This document shows, piece after piece, positions 19,657-30,174 of a DNA stretch of 64,000 bases; positions within the stretch are counted from its first letter, which is position 1; each line of letters opens with the position of its first letter. Origin of the DNA: Candidatus Hydrogenedentota bacterium (GTDB taxonomy: Bacteria > Hydrogenedentota > Hydrogenedentia > Hydrogenedentales > SLHB01); assembly GCA_963745075.1 (NCBI GenBank), contig CAVUWV010000028.1, positions 32,001-96,000 on the forward strand. The letters run 5' to 3'. The position numbers were made by a program, and so were the translations under genes. Below the pieces are notes generated by a model. That model was not told the DNA's origin and did no database searches. It was given only the letters and a program-made list of their open reading frames with translations.

Positions 19657-20967
19657 TTAGTCCCTTGCGGTACTCGTTAACCAATCCATGGAAAACCTTG
19701 CAAAGTAGATGGTTTCGTAGGGGCTCTCCGTGCCGCGTTCGTAGAGGCAGCCGGCGTGGCTCTCATCCAACGAGACGAGGCACGAATACGCGGATGGGCC
19801 GGCGTAGAGTGTGCGGCTAAACTTCCACGTTGCGCCGTCGTCTTCGCTGAGGCGGACGGTCATCTCGTGACGTTCGTTGCGGGACGCGGGGTTGGAAAAG
19901 AGGACCAGATTGGGTCCCGTTCCATCTGAAGGGGTCTGGCGGAGGATGGAGCCCTGGCAGCGGGGCGCGATCAAGGTCTCGTCGTAGCGGAGAGGCGACC
20001 AGCTTTCGCCGCCGTCGGTGCTGGATGACGTAACACGATAGACGGTGTCGTTATTCGCTGCGCGACGCATGTTAAGCAGAAGCAAGCCGTCGCGACATTC
20101 GATCACCTGACACTCGTTCGTGCCGTCTTCGGTGACGCCGCCGAGTTTCCACGTTGCCCCGTGGTCGTCGGAGTAGTAGACGAGGGAATGGTAACCGACC
20201 GCGTCGCCGCGGGTCTTTTGGTCGCAAGGGATGACAAGGCGTCCCTTGTGCGGCTCATGGCGCAACTGGATGCCCACGCCGGGGCCGGTGGCGTACCAGG
20301 TCCAGTTCGGCACTTTCACGTCGTGCGTGATTTCTCTCGGCTTGACCCAAGTTGCGCCGTGGTCGTCACTGTAGGTGACCCAGGCGGTGCGGGTGCCTTC
20401 GCTGGTGCCGTTGACGATTTCGTGCTCGGAGTCGTGGCCCAAGTTGTGCGTGAGATGGAGCCACAGGCGGCCGGTATCCTCGTCGAGCACGGGACAGGGG
20501 TTGCCGCAGGTGTTCTCGGCGTCGTCCCACACAACTTGCACGGGACCCCACGTTTCGCCGCCGTCCGTTGAGCGGCGTAACAGCAGGTCTATGTTGCCGC
20601 TGTCGGAACTACTCCCTTTGCGCCCTTCGCAGAAGGCGAGGAGCGTGCCGTCCGCGGCTTTGATGACGGACGGAATGCGGTATGTGTCATAGCCGCCTTC
20701 GCCGCTCGTGAAGACGGCCTGTTCCTGTGGAAGCAAGGCCGCTTCGCGGTCGAGTTCCTCCATCGTGAACCGCACGCTGACGATGTAGGGTCCCAGTTGC
20801 GATGGCGGGGGCGGTTCGACGAGGTCGCCTTCGTGTGAATTCCAGTCGCCGCCGATGGTCGTGATGGATGCGGGTTTGCCGTTGCCGACGAAGGTTTCCG
20901 CGTGGACTTGGACGATGGTGAAAAACGCGCAGCCGACTGCGGTTAACGCATATCGATATGACGTCAT
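19657..20967 (-). CDS. Exo-alpha-sialidase-like protein (GH33, BNR repeats), secreted
   Basis: YRIP motif, repeated Asp-boxes ([24 protein letters not shown]), PSAYS and LYE; signal peptide. Confidence 0.9.
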   Translation of the reverse strand: MTSYRYALTAVGCAFFTIVQVHAETFVGNGKPASITTIGGDWNSHEGDLVEPPPPSQLGPYIVSVRFTMEELDREAALLPQEQAVFTSGEGGYDTYRIPSVIKAADGTLLAFCEGRKGSSSDSGNIDLLLRRSTDGGETWGPVQVVWDDAENTCGNPCPVLDEDTGRLWLHLTHNLGHDSEHEIVNGTSEGTRTAWVTYSDDHGATWVKPREITHDVKVPNWTWYATGPGVGIQLRHEPHKGRLVIPCDQKTRGDAVGYHSLVYYSDDHGATWKLGGVTEDGTNECQVIECRDGLLLLNMRRAANNDTVYRVTSSSTDGGESWSPLRYDETLIAPRCQGSILRQTPSDGTGPNLVLFSNPASRNERHEMTVRLSEDDGATWKFSRTLYAGPSAYSCLVSLDESHAGCLYERGTESPYETIYFARFSMDWLTSTARD

Positions 20968-21063
20968 ACTGCCCCCAATTTGAACTGCTTCCGATCTCAA
21001 TCATATATCCAACGATACCCGACGGTGGTCGTTTTTTGCACGTGACCGGATAACATTGAAGAA

Positions 21064-21083
21064 GGCGGGTTGGAAAACCCGCC
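21064..21083. repeat. REP palindrome GGCGGGTTGGAAAACCCGCC
   Basis: A hairpin; a near-identical reverse-complement copy is at 57424-57446. Confidence 0.65.
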
Positions 21084-21114
21084 CTGCGAAGAATCTACCC
21101 AATCGTTGGTGTCG

Positions 21115-21798
21115 TTATTTGTCGTTTTTGATTTCCTTGATCCGGATATTCTTCCATTTGACGGTGTAGGGTTCGGTCTTGTCGCCGACGGCGTGAACCT
21201 GGAGGCCGATGAAACCGGAAGGCGTCATGTCGTCGTGGAGGTCGGCGCGGAGTTCGCCGTTGACCCATGTCTTGATGTGGTCGCCGATGGCCTCGACCTT
21301 ATAGTGGTTCCATTCGCCGTTTTTCCAGACCGTCTTGCCCTGTTCGGAGAACTTTTCGGCGAGTTCCTTGTTTTCCTTCGTGGGATAGAGCCAGCCGCGA
21401 CGGCCTTCGTCGTAGATGCCGCCGGACCATTTGCGCGGGTTGTTCTCGTCTTCCATCTCGATTTGGTAGCCGTGGACGCGGCCGTCCTGATAGTCCGGCG
21501 TGCTCTCGCTGCGAATTTGGCAGCCGGAATTCATGGTGGGATTGGCGAAGGCGTCGAATTCGAGGATGAAGTCTCCGTAGTGCTCTTTCGTACACAGGAA
21601 GGTATTTTGGGTGTTCGGGGCCGACACGCCCACTATGCAATCGCCCTCGACATGGTAGGTGGCCGCGCCGCCTTTCACCTCCCAGTTGTCGAGGTCTTTT
21701 CCGTTGAACAAGGGAACCCAGTCGTCGTCGGCATGGATTACCGGCGCGAAACAAAGGAAAGCCAACAAGGCTACGCCGAAAATATAGATGGATTTCAT
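21115..21798 (-). CDS. DUF1080 (3-keto-disaccharide hydrolase/lyase-family) secreted protein
   Basis: WVPLFNGKDLDNW, NSGCQIRS, GYQIE, GEWNHY and GFIGLQVH; signal peptide. Confidence 0.9.
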   Translation of the reverse strand: MKSIYIFGVALLAFLCFAPVIHADDDWVPLFNGKDLDNWEVKGGAATYHVEGDCIVGVSAPNTQNTFLCTKEHYGDFILEFDAFANPTMNSGCQIRSESTPDYQDGRVHGYQIEMEDENNPRKWSGGIYDEGRRGWLYPTKENKELAEKFSEQGKTVWKNGEWNHYKVEAIGDHIKTWVNGELRADLHDDMTPSGFIGLQVHAVGDKTEPYTVKWKNIRIKEIKNDK

Positions 21799-21938
21799 GA
21801 TATGTCTCCCGGTTTTGAACCGCCAAGCGCTATAGTGCGGATCGCGGGGCGACCACTTACGCTAGTGGCATCGCCCGGCCTCTCTTGACGTTTTTCGCAA
21901 AGTGATTGGTGCACGACCAATATGAATTGACACGTACG

Positions 21939-22889
21939 TCAGCGCGTTGCGGATCCCTCGGCTTTTGCCTGCACACCGCGGGTTTGCAATTCCGTCAAAC
22001 TCTTGGCGATTTCGTTGAAGTTGGCAATGGAAAGCGCGATATCCGGGAGCGAATCATCCCAGTCATACTCGTACTCGACCGAGAATACGCCCTGGAATCC
22101 CTGCCGCAACAGTTCGGCCAGGATGCCGCGCACGTTGGCGACGCCGGTGCTCCAAGGCACATCGTGGGCATCCTTGTTGCCGAACTCGTCGAGATCCTTG
22201 AAGTGCAAACAGATGATGCGACCTTCGAGTTCCTTGACGGCATCCACGGGATCGATGCCCGACCGGAGCCAGTGGCCGGTATCGGAGCAGGAGCCGATGC
22301 GTTTGCTGTGGCCTTCGCAGGCTTCGAGGACGGTGTCCGGATTCCAGTAGCGGGACGGTTCGGGATGGTTGTGGAGGGCGACGTTGATGCCGTATTCGTC
22401 GGTCAGTTTATCCAGCAAGTCGAAGGCCTCAGGGGGCGGCTCGGATACGATGGTCTGGATTCCCATCGCTTTCGCGAAATCGAAGACCTTGCGATCTTCG
22501 GCCTCGTCAGTGCCCAGGCCGACGACGCCGTAGTTTATGAGTTTGATGTCGGCGGCCTTCAAGCGGTCCAGGACCTCCGAATACAGTTCAGCCGGCATAT
22601 TGTGGTCGAACTTCGCATCGGGCTTTTCCTTGCTGAGCGTCTGGCCGGGATAGGCTTCGATGTAGTGCAGGCCCAGGGCGTGGACCTTGTCGATGGCCTC
22701 GTAGAAGGTAAAGCGGTTGAAGCTGTAGGCCTGGCACCCGAGATGCCATCCCAGGGCTTCGGCAGCGGGCGCGCCCTTGGGGGTGATGGTAGCCGCGGCG
22801 ACATTGTCGTCTTGGGCGTACACGGCCGGTACGGCGGCCAGGGTCAAGGCACAAAGTAAGACGGCGATGGAAAATCGAAAGGCGTTCAT
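21939..22889 (-). CDS. Secreted xylose-isomerase-like TIM-barrel protein (sugar phosphate isomerase/epimerase family)
   Basis: Signal peptide, GWHLGCQAYSF, ALHNH, DTGHW, HFKD and SVEYE metal ligands. Confidence 0.88.
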   Translation of the reverse strand: MNAFRFSIAVLLCALTLAAVPAVYAQDDNVAAATITPKGAPAAEALGWHLGCQAYSFNRFTFYEAIDKVHALGLHYIEAYPGQTLSKEKPDAKFDHNMPAELYSEVLDRLKAADIKLINYGVVGLGTDEAEDRKVFDFAKAMGIQTIVSEPPPEAFDLLDKLTDEYGINVALHNHPEPSRYWNPDTVLEACEGHSKRIGSCSDTGHWLRSGIDPVDAVKELEGRIICLHFKDLDEFGNKDAHDVPWSTGVANVRGILAELLRQGFQGVFSVEYEYDWDDSLPDIALSIANFNEIAKSLTELQTRGVQAKAEGSATR

Positions 22890-22991
22890 GGTTACACTCC
22901 TGTCTGCGGGTGTCGCATCACACGACATGGTTTGGGTGCCATGGTAGCGTTTTCACACCGCGGAGAGCAACGGCAATGCGCCGGGTCGGTT

Positions 22992-23780
22992 TCAGAGCCG
23001 TTTGACGCCGAATCCGCCGCCAATTTCGATGACGGCCCCAGTGGCGTAATCGAAGTACCCCTCGGCCAGAGCGACGACGGCCTTGCCCACGTCTTCCGGG
23101 GTCCCCCAGCGGTCTTGCAGCAACAGTCCCTCTGCGATGAGTTTGTCGTACTTTTCCTTCACGCCGGCGGTCATGTCGGTATCGATGAGGCCGGGCCGGA
23201 GGTCGTACACGTTGATGCCGTACGGGGCGAGTTGGACTGCGAAGGTCTGCGCGGCCATGCTGAGGCCGGTTTTGCTGATGCAGTACTCGGCCCGTGACGG
23301 GCTGGCCGTATCTGACGAGATGCTGGTGATGAAAACGATCTTTGGAACGTAGGAAGTGCCGGATTTGACTTGCTCGATCATCTGGTTGGCGACGAGCTGG
23401 GACAAGAAGAAGGGGCCGCGCAGATTGATGTCGATGAGCCGGTCGAAACTCTCCGCCGTGGTCTTGAGGACGTTCAGACGCTTGAGGACCCCGACGCCCG
23501 CGTTGTTCACGAGTACATCGATGGAACCGAAGGCGTCGAGCACCTCGTGGAACATCCGCGGGTGGTCGTCGAGATTGGCGATGTCGCCCGCCACGGGAAG
23601 GAATCGGCAACCGGCCTTTTCGACATGGTGTTTTACTTCGTAGAGGCCGGATTCCGTGTTGGCGGGGTCGGCTTTCGTGGCGCATCCGGCGATGTCATAG
23701 CCGTGTTGAGCCAGGGTTAAGGCGATGCCGCGACCGATGCCCCGGCTTGCACCGGTGACCATGGCGACTGCTTTGCTCAT
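22992..23780 (-). CDS. SDR-family oxidoreductase (3-ketoacyl-ACP reductase-like)
   Basis: TGASRGIG, NNAG and YCISK. Confidence 0.9.
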   Translation of the reverse strand: MSKAVAMVTGASRGIGRGIALTLAQHGYDIAGCATKADPANTESGLYEVKHHVEKAGCRFLPVAGDIANLDDHPRMFHEVLDAFGSIDVLVNNAGVGVLKRLNVLKTTAESFDRLIDINLRGPFFLSQLVANQMIEQVKSGTSYVPKIVFITSISSDTASPSRAEYCISKTGLSMAAQTFAVQLAPYGINVYDLRPGLIDTDMTAGVKEKYDKLIAEGLLLQDRWGTPEDVGKAVVALAEGYFDYATGAVIEIGGGFGVKRL

Positions 23781-23814
23781 TCAATCATTCCTTACGGCGT
23801 TTCATGCGGCGCGA

Positions 23815-24111
23815 TTATTTGATCGTGTAGTGTACGCGCGTTTCGCGGCGCCGGACGACCCGGCTGCTGCCGCCATGATTGGTGAAGTCGAAGAAGATCG
23901 CGAGAATCAACAGCACAAGGCTCCATCCGTGGAATCCGCCGTTGGCATTGATGCCGATGGCGTAGGCGCAGGTGGTGTACGGCATGAAGAAGAAACCCAG
24001 CAGCGGCCAGAGCGCCGTCTGGAACGCGGTTGCCGTGTACCCGACAATCCACATGAAGAAAAGGGTCACCCGAGGTATCAGCAATCCAATCAGCACGAGG
24101 AGACAAGGCAT
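23815..24111 (-). CDS. Small hypothetical membrane protein
   Basis: MPCLLVLIGLLIPRV...WPLLGFFFMPYTTCAY, about 3 TM segments; AAGGAGGT RBS. Confidence 0.7.
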   Translation of the reverse strand: MPCLLVLIGLLIPRVTLFFMWIVGYTATAFQTALWPLLGFFFMPYTTCAYAIGINANGGFHGWSLVLLILAIFFDFTNHGGSSRVVRRRETRVHYTIK

Positions 24112-24444
24112 AACGACCTCCTTTACTTGCTTTTCCACACGTCGCCCAAGCAGGTGCCGACGGCTTGGGCGGCCTGGACAGGGGGCAATCACCGCCGGAC
24201 GCGAGGATTCTCGTTGTGCGCACGCGTACTCTTGAAGAGATGGATACCGCGATCACTTTCCTTCATCGCCGGCCGTAGTTCCAATACCGTCGCTGAACAC
24301 TGTACAAGTGCACCGTGCGCGTTACAAGATTGGCGGTAGAACCCGAGCAGGGCCGGCTTTCGCGCTTGACAGAACCTATGGGCAGGTGCAAGGCTCTTGA
24401 CGATTGAGACAAAAGCGCGGAATCAGCGAACGGAATCTTTGTTT

Positions 24445-25233
24445 GTGAGCGAACAGCAAGAAAATACATCGGGGAATACCGCGATGATTCGGGCCGAGGG
24501 ACTCCGTAAGGAGTTTGCCGGACCCAAGGGCGATTCGGTGGTGGCAGTCAAAAATGTGACCTTTTCGGTCAATGCGGGGGAAATCTTCGGGCTATTGGGT
24601 CCGAATGGGGCCGGAAAGACGACGTTGCTTCGCATGCTGGCCACCATCATCACGCCGACGGCGGGTCAGTGCTGGATCGCAGGTCACGCCACGCATGAAT
24701 CGCCGGGAAACGCACGCCGGCAGGTGGGCTTCATGTCCGGCAATACGAAATTGTACGGGCGTCTGAAGGCGCGGGAAATGTTGTTGTATTTCGGGCGGCT
24801 GTACGGGATGCCCGACGAGGCGATAGCCAAACGCACCGAGGAACTCGCGACGATGTTGGACATGAAGCCGTTCATGGAACGGCGGTGCGACACTTTATCT
24901 ACTGGGCAGACGCAGAAGGTGTCGATTGCGCGGGTGCTTCTGCACGATCCCCCCGTTTTAATTCTGGACGAGCCGACGCTGGGGCTCGATATTATGACGA
25001 GTACGGCCATACTCGATTTCATTTTCGACGCCAAACAGCGGCATCACGCGATCATATTTTCGACGCACTACATGACCGAGGCGGAAGTGCTCTGCGACCG
25101 GGTGGGGCTGATGTATACCGGCGAAATCATGGCGATGGACACGAAGCAAGGGCTCTATGACGCAACGAATACCGATAATCTTCACGACGTATTCATGGCG
25201 TACGTCGACCGGCAGGCGGTGGGTCCGGTATGA
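24445..25233 (+). CDS. ABC transporter ATP-binding protein (NatA-like)
   Basis: [24 protein letters not shown] and STH. Confidence 0.9.
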   Translation: MSEQQENTSGNTAMIRAEGLRKEFAGPKGDSVVAVKNVTFSVNAGEIFGLLGPNGAGKTTLLRMLATIITPTAGQCWIAGHATHESPGNARRQVGFMSGNTKLYGRLKAREMLLYFGRLYGMPDEAIAKRTEELATMLDMKPFMERRCDTLSTGQTQKVSIARVLLHDPPVLILDEPTLGLDIMTSTAILDFIFDAKQRHHAIIFSTHYMTEAEVLCDRVGLMYTGEIMAMDTKQGLYDATNTDNLHDVFMAYVDRQAVGPV

Positions 25234-27251
25234 AACTGCGGACTGTACTCGTCATCTTCCGTAAAGAGCTGCTCGACATGCTCCGCGACCGGCGTACGCT
25301 CATCGCCATGCTGGGCATTCCGATCGTTCTCTATCCCGCTCTTTTCATCTTTGGTTCCCAGGCGGCGCTGATGCAGCGGGACCGGTTGACGGAATCCCTC
25401 TCCCGCGTGGCGGTCGTTGCAGAGGACCCGGTTCTTCTCACGAATTGGTTGAGCAAGAATTCAAAACTGTTCGTGTGCGAATCATCCGATCCCGAGCAGG
25501 ATCTCTCAAACGGGAGAATACACGCCATTATCAACGTTACGGGCGATTTGGCGCGACGGTTGCGGGAAGGTAAGGCAACAGAGATCACCATCCAGTACGA
25601 CGCGACCGATACGGCATCCCAGGAAGCCGTGAAACGGTTGTTGGAGACGTTTGAGGACCGGGAAGCGGCGTTGTTGAAGACCCGGCTCGAGGACGCGGGG
25701 ATTCCCGCAGATTACGTCGATCCGTTGCAGGTAAAACGGGAAAACATGGCGCCGCGCACGCGAACCACAAAGATTGTGTTGGGCTCGCTGATGCCGCCGT
25801 TGATGATTCTCATGCTGGGGGTGGGCGCGTTTTATCCGGCCATTGATTTGACCGCGGGGGAGAAAGAACGCGGGACCTTCGAGACGCTGCTCTCGACGCC
25901 AACGTCGAGTTACGAAATCCTGTCGGGGAAGTTCTTGACAGTGTTCGTCGTTGCCATGCTCACGGGGCTGACGAATCTGACCAGCATGGTCGCGACGTTC
26001 GCCTTTCAGCTCGCCCAGTTGCAGGGCGATATGGGCGCCTTTGAATTCCGGCTGCCTGCAAGCAGCGTGATCCTGATCGTACTGGCATTGATTCCCCTCG
26101 CCTTTTTCATCTCGGCCGTGATGATGTCTATCGCCGTACTGGCCCGGAGTTTTCGGGAAGGTCAGAGTTTACTGACGCCGTTCCTGCTGATCCTGCTGTT
26201 CCCGGCGGGATACGCTGCGGTTCCCGGTGTGCACTTGACCGTGGCCTTGCAATTTGTACCGATCGCGAACTTTGCGCTGTTGTTCAAAGACCTGTTGAGC
26301 GCACATGTGGACGCCCAATCGATCGTCATGGTGCTGCTCAGCACGACGGTTTATGCTTGCTTATCGCTGTATGCCGCGGCGCGGATCTTTCGGCGGGAAG
26401 ACGTCGTGTTATCGGAGGATCGCGGGGCGCCGCTTGCCTTGCGCCGTTCCTACTTTCGGCCACGGCCCTTGCCCACGCCGGGCATGTCCCTGTTTATCTT
26501 TGCATTGTGCTTGCTGTTGCTGTTTTACGCAGGCACCTACGTGCAAAGCGATTTCGGAATCTGGGGGATTGTCATTACTCAGTGGGTGCTTTTTCTACTC
26601 CCCACGGTGTTTATCCTCTGGTACGTGCGCGTCGATCTGCGGACCGCGCTGAGCCTTCGTTTGCCGGGTGCAGGGGTCTGGTTGGCGGCGCTGGTTATTG
26701 CAGTGGGTTGGGCTGTGTTGACCCTGCAATTTAGCGTCTGGCAACAGAAGATCCTGCCTTTTCCCGAAGATCTGGCCAGGGAGATGGAGCGGCTGACGGG
26801 TCTGGGGAACCAGCCGCTGTGGTTCTTGCTCTTTGTTCTTGCGGTCTCTCCGGCGATCTGTGAAGAGACCCTGTTTCGCGGGGCGGTGTTGGCCGGGTTG
26901 CGCAAGCATCTTCCCTGGTGGGCGTTGCTGCTGTGCGTGGGCATTGCCTTCGGCGTGTCACACATCAGCATTTACCGCATGATCCTCACGGGACTCAGCG
27001 GCGTCGTGTTGACGTACATCGTTTGGCGTTCGGGGTCTATCTTCCCCAGCATGGTCACCCATTTCCTTGTGAATGCCACGGGCGTCCTGCTCCAATCGCA
27101 GTATGTACCCGATTCGATTCAGCCGGCCATCGATCATGCCTTGAAAGAGGAGCACGGGTTCCCGTGGTGGTTCATTGGCGGGGCGGCGGTCGTGTGGGTT
27201 TGCGGTATTCTGCTGATGGAGCGGTTCCGGCCGCGGGATGCGATGGACTGA
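25230..27251 (+). CDS. NatB-like ABC-2 permease fused to a CPBP/CAAX intramembrane protease
   Basis: RKELLDMLRDRRT and AGEKERGTFETLL, then C-terminal CEETLFRG, FGVSH and HFLVN. Confidence 0.88.
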   Translation: MKLRTVLVIFRKELLDMLRDRRTLIAMLGIPIVLYPALFIFGSQAALMQRDRLTESLSRVAVVAEDPVLLTNWLSKNSKLFVCESSDPEQDLSNGRIHAIINVTGDLARRLREGKATEITIQYDATDTASQEAVKRLLETFEDREAALLKTRLEDAGIPADYVDPLQVKRENMAPRTRTTKIVLGSLMPPLMILMLGVGAFYPAIDLTAGEKERGTFETLLSTPTSSYEILSGKFLTVFVVAMLTGLTNLTSMVATFAFQLAQLQGDMGAFEFRLPASSVILIVLALIPLAFFISAVMMSIAVLARSFREGQSLLTPFLLILLFPAGYAAVPGVHLTVALQFVPIANFALLFKDLLSAHVDAQSIVMVLLSTTVYACLSLYAAARIFRREDVVLSEDRGAPLALRRSYFRPRPLPTPGMSLFIFALCLLLLFYAGTYVQSDFGIWGIVITQWVLFLLPTVFILWYVRVDLRTALSLRLPGAGVWLAALVIAVGWAVLTLQFSVWQQKILPFPEDLAREMERLTGLGNQPLWFLLFVLAVSPAICEETLFRGAVLAGLRKHLPWWALLLCVGIAFGVSHISIYRMILTGLSGVVLTYIVWRSGSIFPSMVTHFLVNATGVLLQSQYVPDSIQPAIDHALKEEHGFPWWFIGGAAVVWVCGILLMERFRPRDAMD

Positions 27252-27283
27252 ATGGACGTTATGGACCGGATGGACGAGACGGC
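27241..27283. repeat. Degenerate 9-mer tandem repeat (ATGGACNNN) between convergent genes
   Basis: ATGGACTGA ATGGACGTT ATGGACCGG ATGGACGAG. Confidence 0.6.
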
Positions 27284-27285
27284 TT

Positions 27286-28548
27286 CTATGTTTCGTTTTG
27301 GAGGATCTGGTCCAGGGTTTGGCGCCGGCGAATGAGAGTCAAGTCGCCTTCTTCGGACAGCAGCACTTCCGGGGCTTCGGGGAAGCTGTTGTAGTTCTTT
27401 GATGACATGGCCGCGCAATAGGCACCCGCGCCGCCGATCACAAGGTAATCGCCGATACGGGCTTGCGTGAGGGTGCGCGGGAGCAGGCCTTCAGGATTGC
27501 CCGGCTCCGGAGTCAACACGTCGCCGCTTTCGCAGCAGTGCCCCACGACGAGATATTCCTGCGTACCGCGGGATTCCGGTTGTGCCGGCACGACGGCGAT
27601 GGGATGCTGCGCACCGTACATGCTGGGCCGGATCACCTCGGTCATGCCGCTGTCGATCTTGATGAAGGTATACCCCTCCGCGCCGGTATCGATGATATCG
27701 ATGATGCCGCAGACAATCGCGCCCGCGTTGGCGACGAGGAAGGTGCCGGGTTCTACTTCGAGATGGAGTTTGCGGCCGTGCTTGGCGTGGAACTCTTCGA
27801 AATCCTGGACGATGACCTTGCCAATGGCCTGCAAATCCGCTGACGGCTCGCCGGGCATGCGGCCGACTTTGAACCCACCGCCTAAGCTGAGCGTTGCTAC
27901 TTCCGGTAGCTGCGCCACGATGTCGAGGGACATGCGCGCGCAATGGTTCCAAACTTCCGGGTCGCTGCCGGAGCCGATATGCGTGTGCATGCGGGTGATG
28001 CGGAGGTTGTGCATTTGGCGGACGCGTTCCACGTCGCCGAGATGTTCGTGCCAGATGCCGAAAGCGGCGGAAGGGCCGCCTACATTGGTGCGGTTGGTAT
28101 GACCGGAGCCGAGACCGGGATTGATGCGAACGCTCACTTCGGATCCCGGAAAGAAACGGCCGTAGGTATCCAATTGATGAAGCGAGCAAGCATTGAAAAG
28201 CACGCCGCGTTCGACGAGATCCTTCAGATTATCGGGCATCTGTTGCGCGGTGATTTGAATGTGTGATGGCGCTACGCCGGCGCACATTGCCCGCTCGGCC
28301 TCGTTGCCGCTGCTCGCGTCGATGTGGAGCCCCGCATCGGAGAAGAGCCGGACAATGGCGGCGCTGGGCAACGCCTTCATGGCGTAGCGGGCGGTCAGTC
28401 CGTACGCGTTGGGAAAGTCGAGAAGCGCCTTGGCCTGCGTTTCGAGAGTCCGTCGATCGTATACGTACACGGGCGTACCGAAGGTTCGGGCAACTTCCCG
28501 CACCTGGTTTTCCGTGAGAAAAGACAGCAGTTGCATGGTGTTCGGCAT
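27286..28548 (-). CDS. lysA: Diaminopimelate decarboxylase
   Basis: FGTPVYVYD, YAMKA (PLP Lys), HTHIGSG, LGGGF, EPGTFLVA, GHCCESGD and GAGAY. Confidence 0.92.
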   Translation of the reverse strand: MPNTMQLLSFLTENQVREVARTFGTPVYVYDRRTLETQAKALLDFPNAYGLTARYAMKALPSAAIVRLFSDAGLHIDASSGNEAERAMCAGVAPSHIQITAQQMPDNLKDLVERGVLFNACSLHQLDTYGRFFPGSEVSVRINPGLGSGHTNRTNVGGPSAAFGIWHEHLGDVERVRQMHNLRITRMHTHIGSGSDPEVWNHCARMSLDIVAQLPEVATLSLGGGFKVGRMPGEPSADLQAIGKVIVQDFEEFHAKHGRKLHLEVEPGTFLVANAGAIVCGIIDIIDTGAEGYTFIKIDSGMTEVIRPSMYGAQHPIAVVPAQPESRGTQEYLVVGHCCESGDVLTPEPGNPEGLLPRTLTQARIGDYLVIGGAGAYCAAMSSKNYNSFPEAPEVLLSEEGDLTLIRRRQTLDQILQNET

Positions 28549-28651
28549 TCCTTTGACGATGATGCGGCGCCCCACGCGGCACAAAGCGTGCAATACATAG
28601 CATATCGACGCCGGGCCGGGCCAGTTTTTGCTGATGGGACCCGTGAACTGG

Positions 28652-28690
28652 CACGGCACACACGGACCAACACGGACGCACAGGGACATT
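28652..28690. repeat. Degenerate 10-mer tandem repeat (CACGGACNNA)
   Basis: CACGGCACA CACGGACCAA CACGGACGCA CAGGGACA; a related reverse-complement tract is at ~43224-43250. Confidence 0.55.
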
Positions 28691-28757
28691 CAATCCGCCT
28701 TTACCAATCTGCTATTCTTATGCGCACGGACTAATTTAATTCTCATACGGAGATTCC

Positions 28758-30118
28758 ATGGCGAAGACCAAGACGACGTTTGTATGCCAGAGCTGCGGCG
28801 CGGTGTCGATGCGCTGGGCGGGGCGTTGTGAAGACTGCGGCGAGTGGAACTCCATTGTGGAAGAGCAGGTCATCGAATCGGGAACCCACGTGCGGCCGTC
28901 GATTGCGGAGGGGGCCAGCCCATCGCCATTACGGATCGATCGCAGCCGCCTGCGGAGCGTATCCCGACTGGAATTCTCGAATGCGACCGGGTGCTGGGGG
29001 GTGGCATCGTTCCGGGTTCGCTGACGCTGGTCGGCGGCGACCCAGGCATTGGCAAGTCGACGCTGATGCTCCAGGTTTCTCATACGGTCGCGGAGCGCGT
29101 CGGGCCCGTTCTGTACGTATCCGGCGAGGAATCCTTCGATCAAACGCGGATGCGCGCCGGACGGCTGGGCACCTTGAGCGACAATCTGATGATTTTCACC
29201 GAGACGTCGGTGGATGCGGTCCGGCGTGAGATAAGGAAAGGTGGCTTCTCCCTGGTCGTGGTTGATTCCATCCAATCCATGTACACCCCGGATCTGGCCG
29301 CGGTGCCGGGGAGCATTGGGCAGGTGCGGGACTGTTCCAACGAATTCCTCCGTATCGCGAAAGGCCAAAACGTGCCGATATTCCTCGTCGGACACGTTAC
29401 GAAGGACGGATCCATTGCCGGTCCGCGTTTGCTCGAACATCTCGTGGATACGGTTTTGTACTTTGAAGGGGAAGGGAAGCAAGCGCTCCGCATCCTACGT
29501 TCGGTGAAGAACCGGTTTGGTTCGACGAACGAGATTGGCGTGTTTGAAATGACGGAGTTGGGGCTCCAGGAGGTTCCCAACCCGAGCGCGTTGTTCTTGA
29601 ACGAGCGGCCGCGGGGCGTCAGCGGATCGGTGGTGATTCCCAGCATCGAGGGAACACGGCCCCTGCTGGTGGAGGTCCAGGCTTTGGTCGGTGACGCGTC
29701 CCTGGCTTCGCCTCGCCGTACGGTGGCGGGTGTAAACCCGAACCGGGTCGCCTTGATCCTGGCGGTATTGGAGAAACGGGCGGGCGTTCATATCTCCGAC
29801 AAGGAGGTGTACGTCAACGTAGCCGGGGGCGTTCGATTGGAGGAACCGGCCATCGATCTCGCGGTTGCGGTGGCCTTAGCGTCGAGCCTGCTGGAAGCTC
29901 CGGTTCCGTCCAGCTTGGCGATTTTCGGCGAGATCGGGTTGGCTGGGGAAGTGCGCGCCGTGGACATGGCGCGGAGCCGGGTCGCGGAAGCCTCGAAGTT
30001 TGGATTCGTAAAGTGTATTCTACCCAAGAGTTGTGCGGCCGATGTGCGGGACGTATCGGTCGAGGTTGTGCCGGTGACGGGCGTCGCGTCCGCCATCGAC
30101 GTGGCGTTGGACCGGTAG
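28758..30118 (+). CDS. radA: DNA repair protein RadA/Sms; one indel in the G-run at ~28911
   Basis: CQSCG..WAGRCEDCGEWNS zinc finger, GGDPGIGKSTL and KNRFG motif. Confidence 0.95.
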
Positions 30119-30174
30119 CGACCGTTCATTTCGAGACAGCGAGTTGGGGCGAGCGTTGGCAGGGTAAAGAGGAC

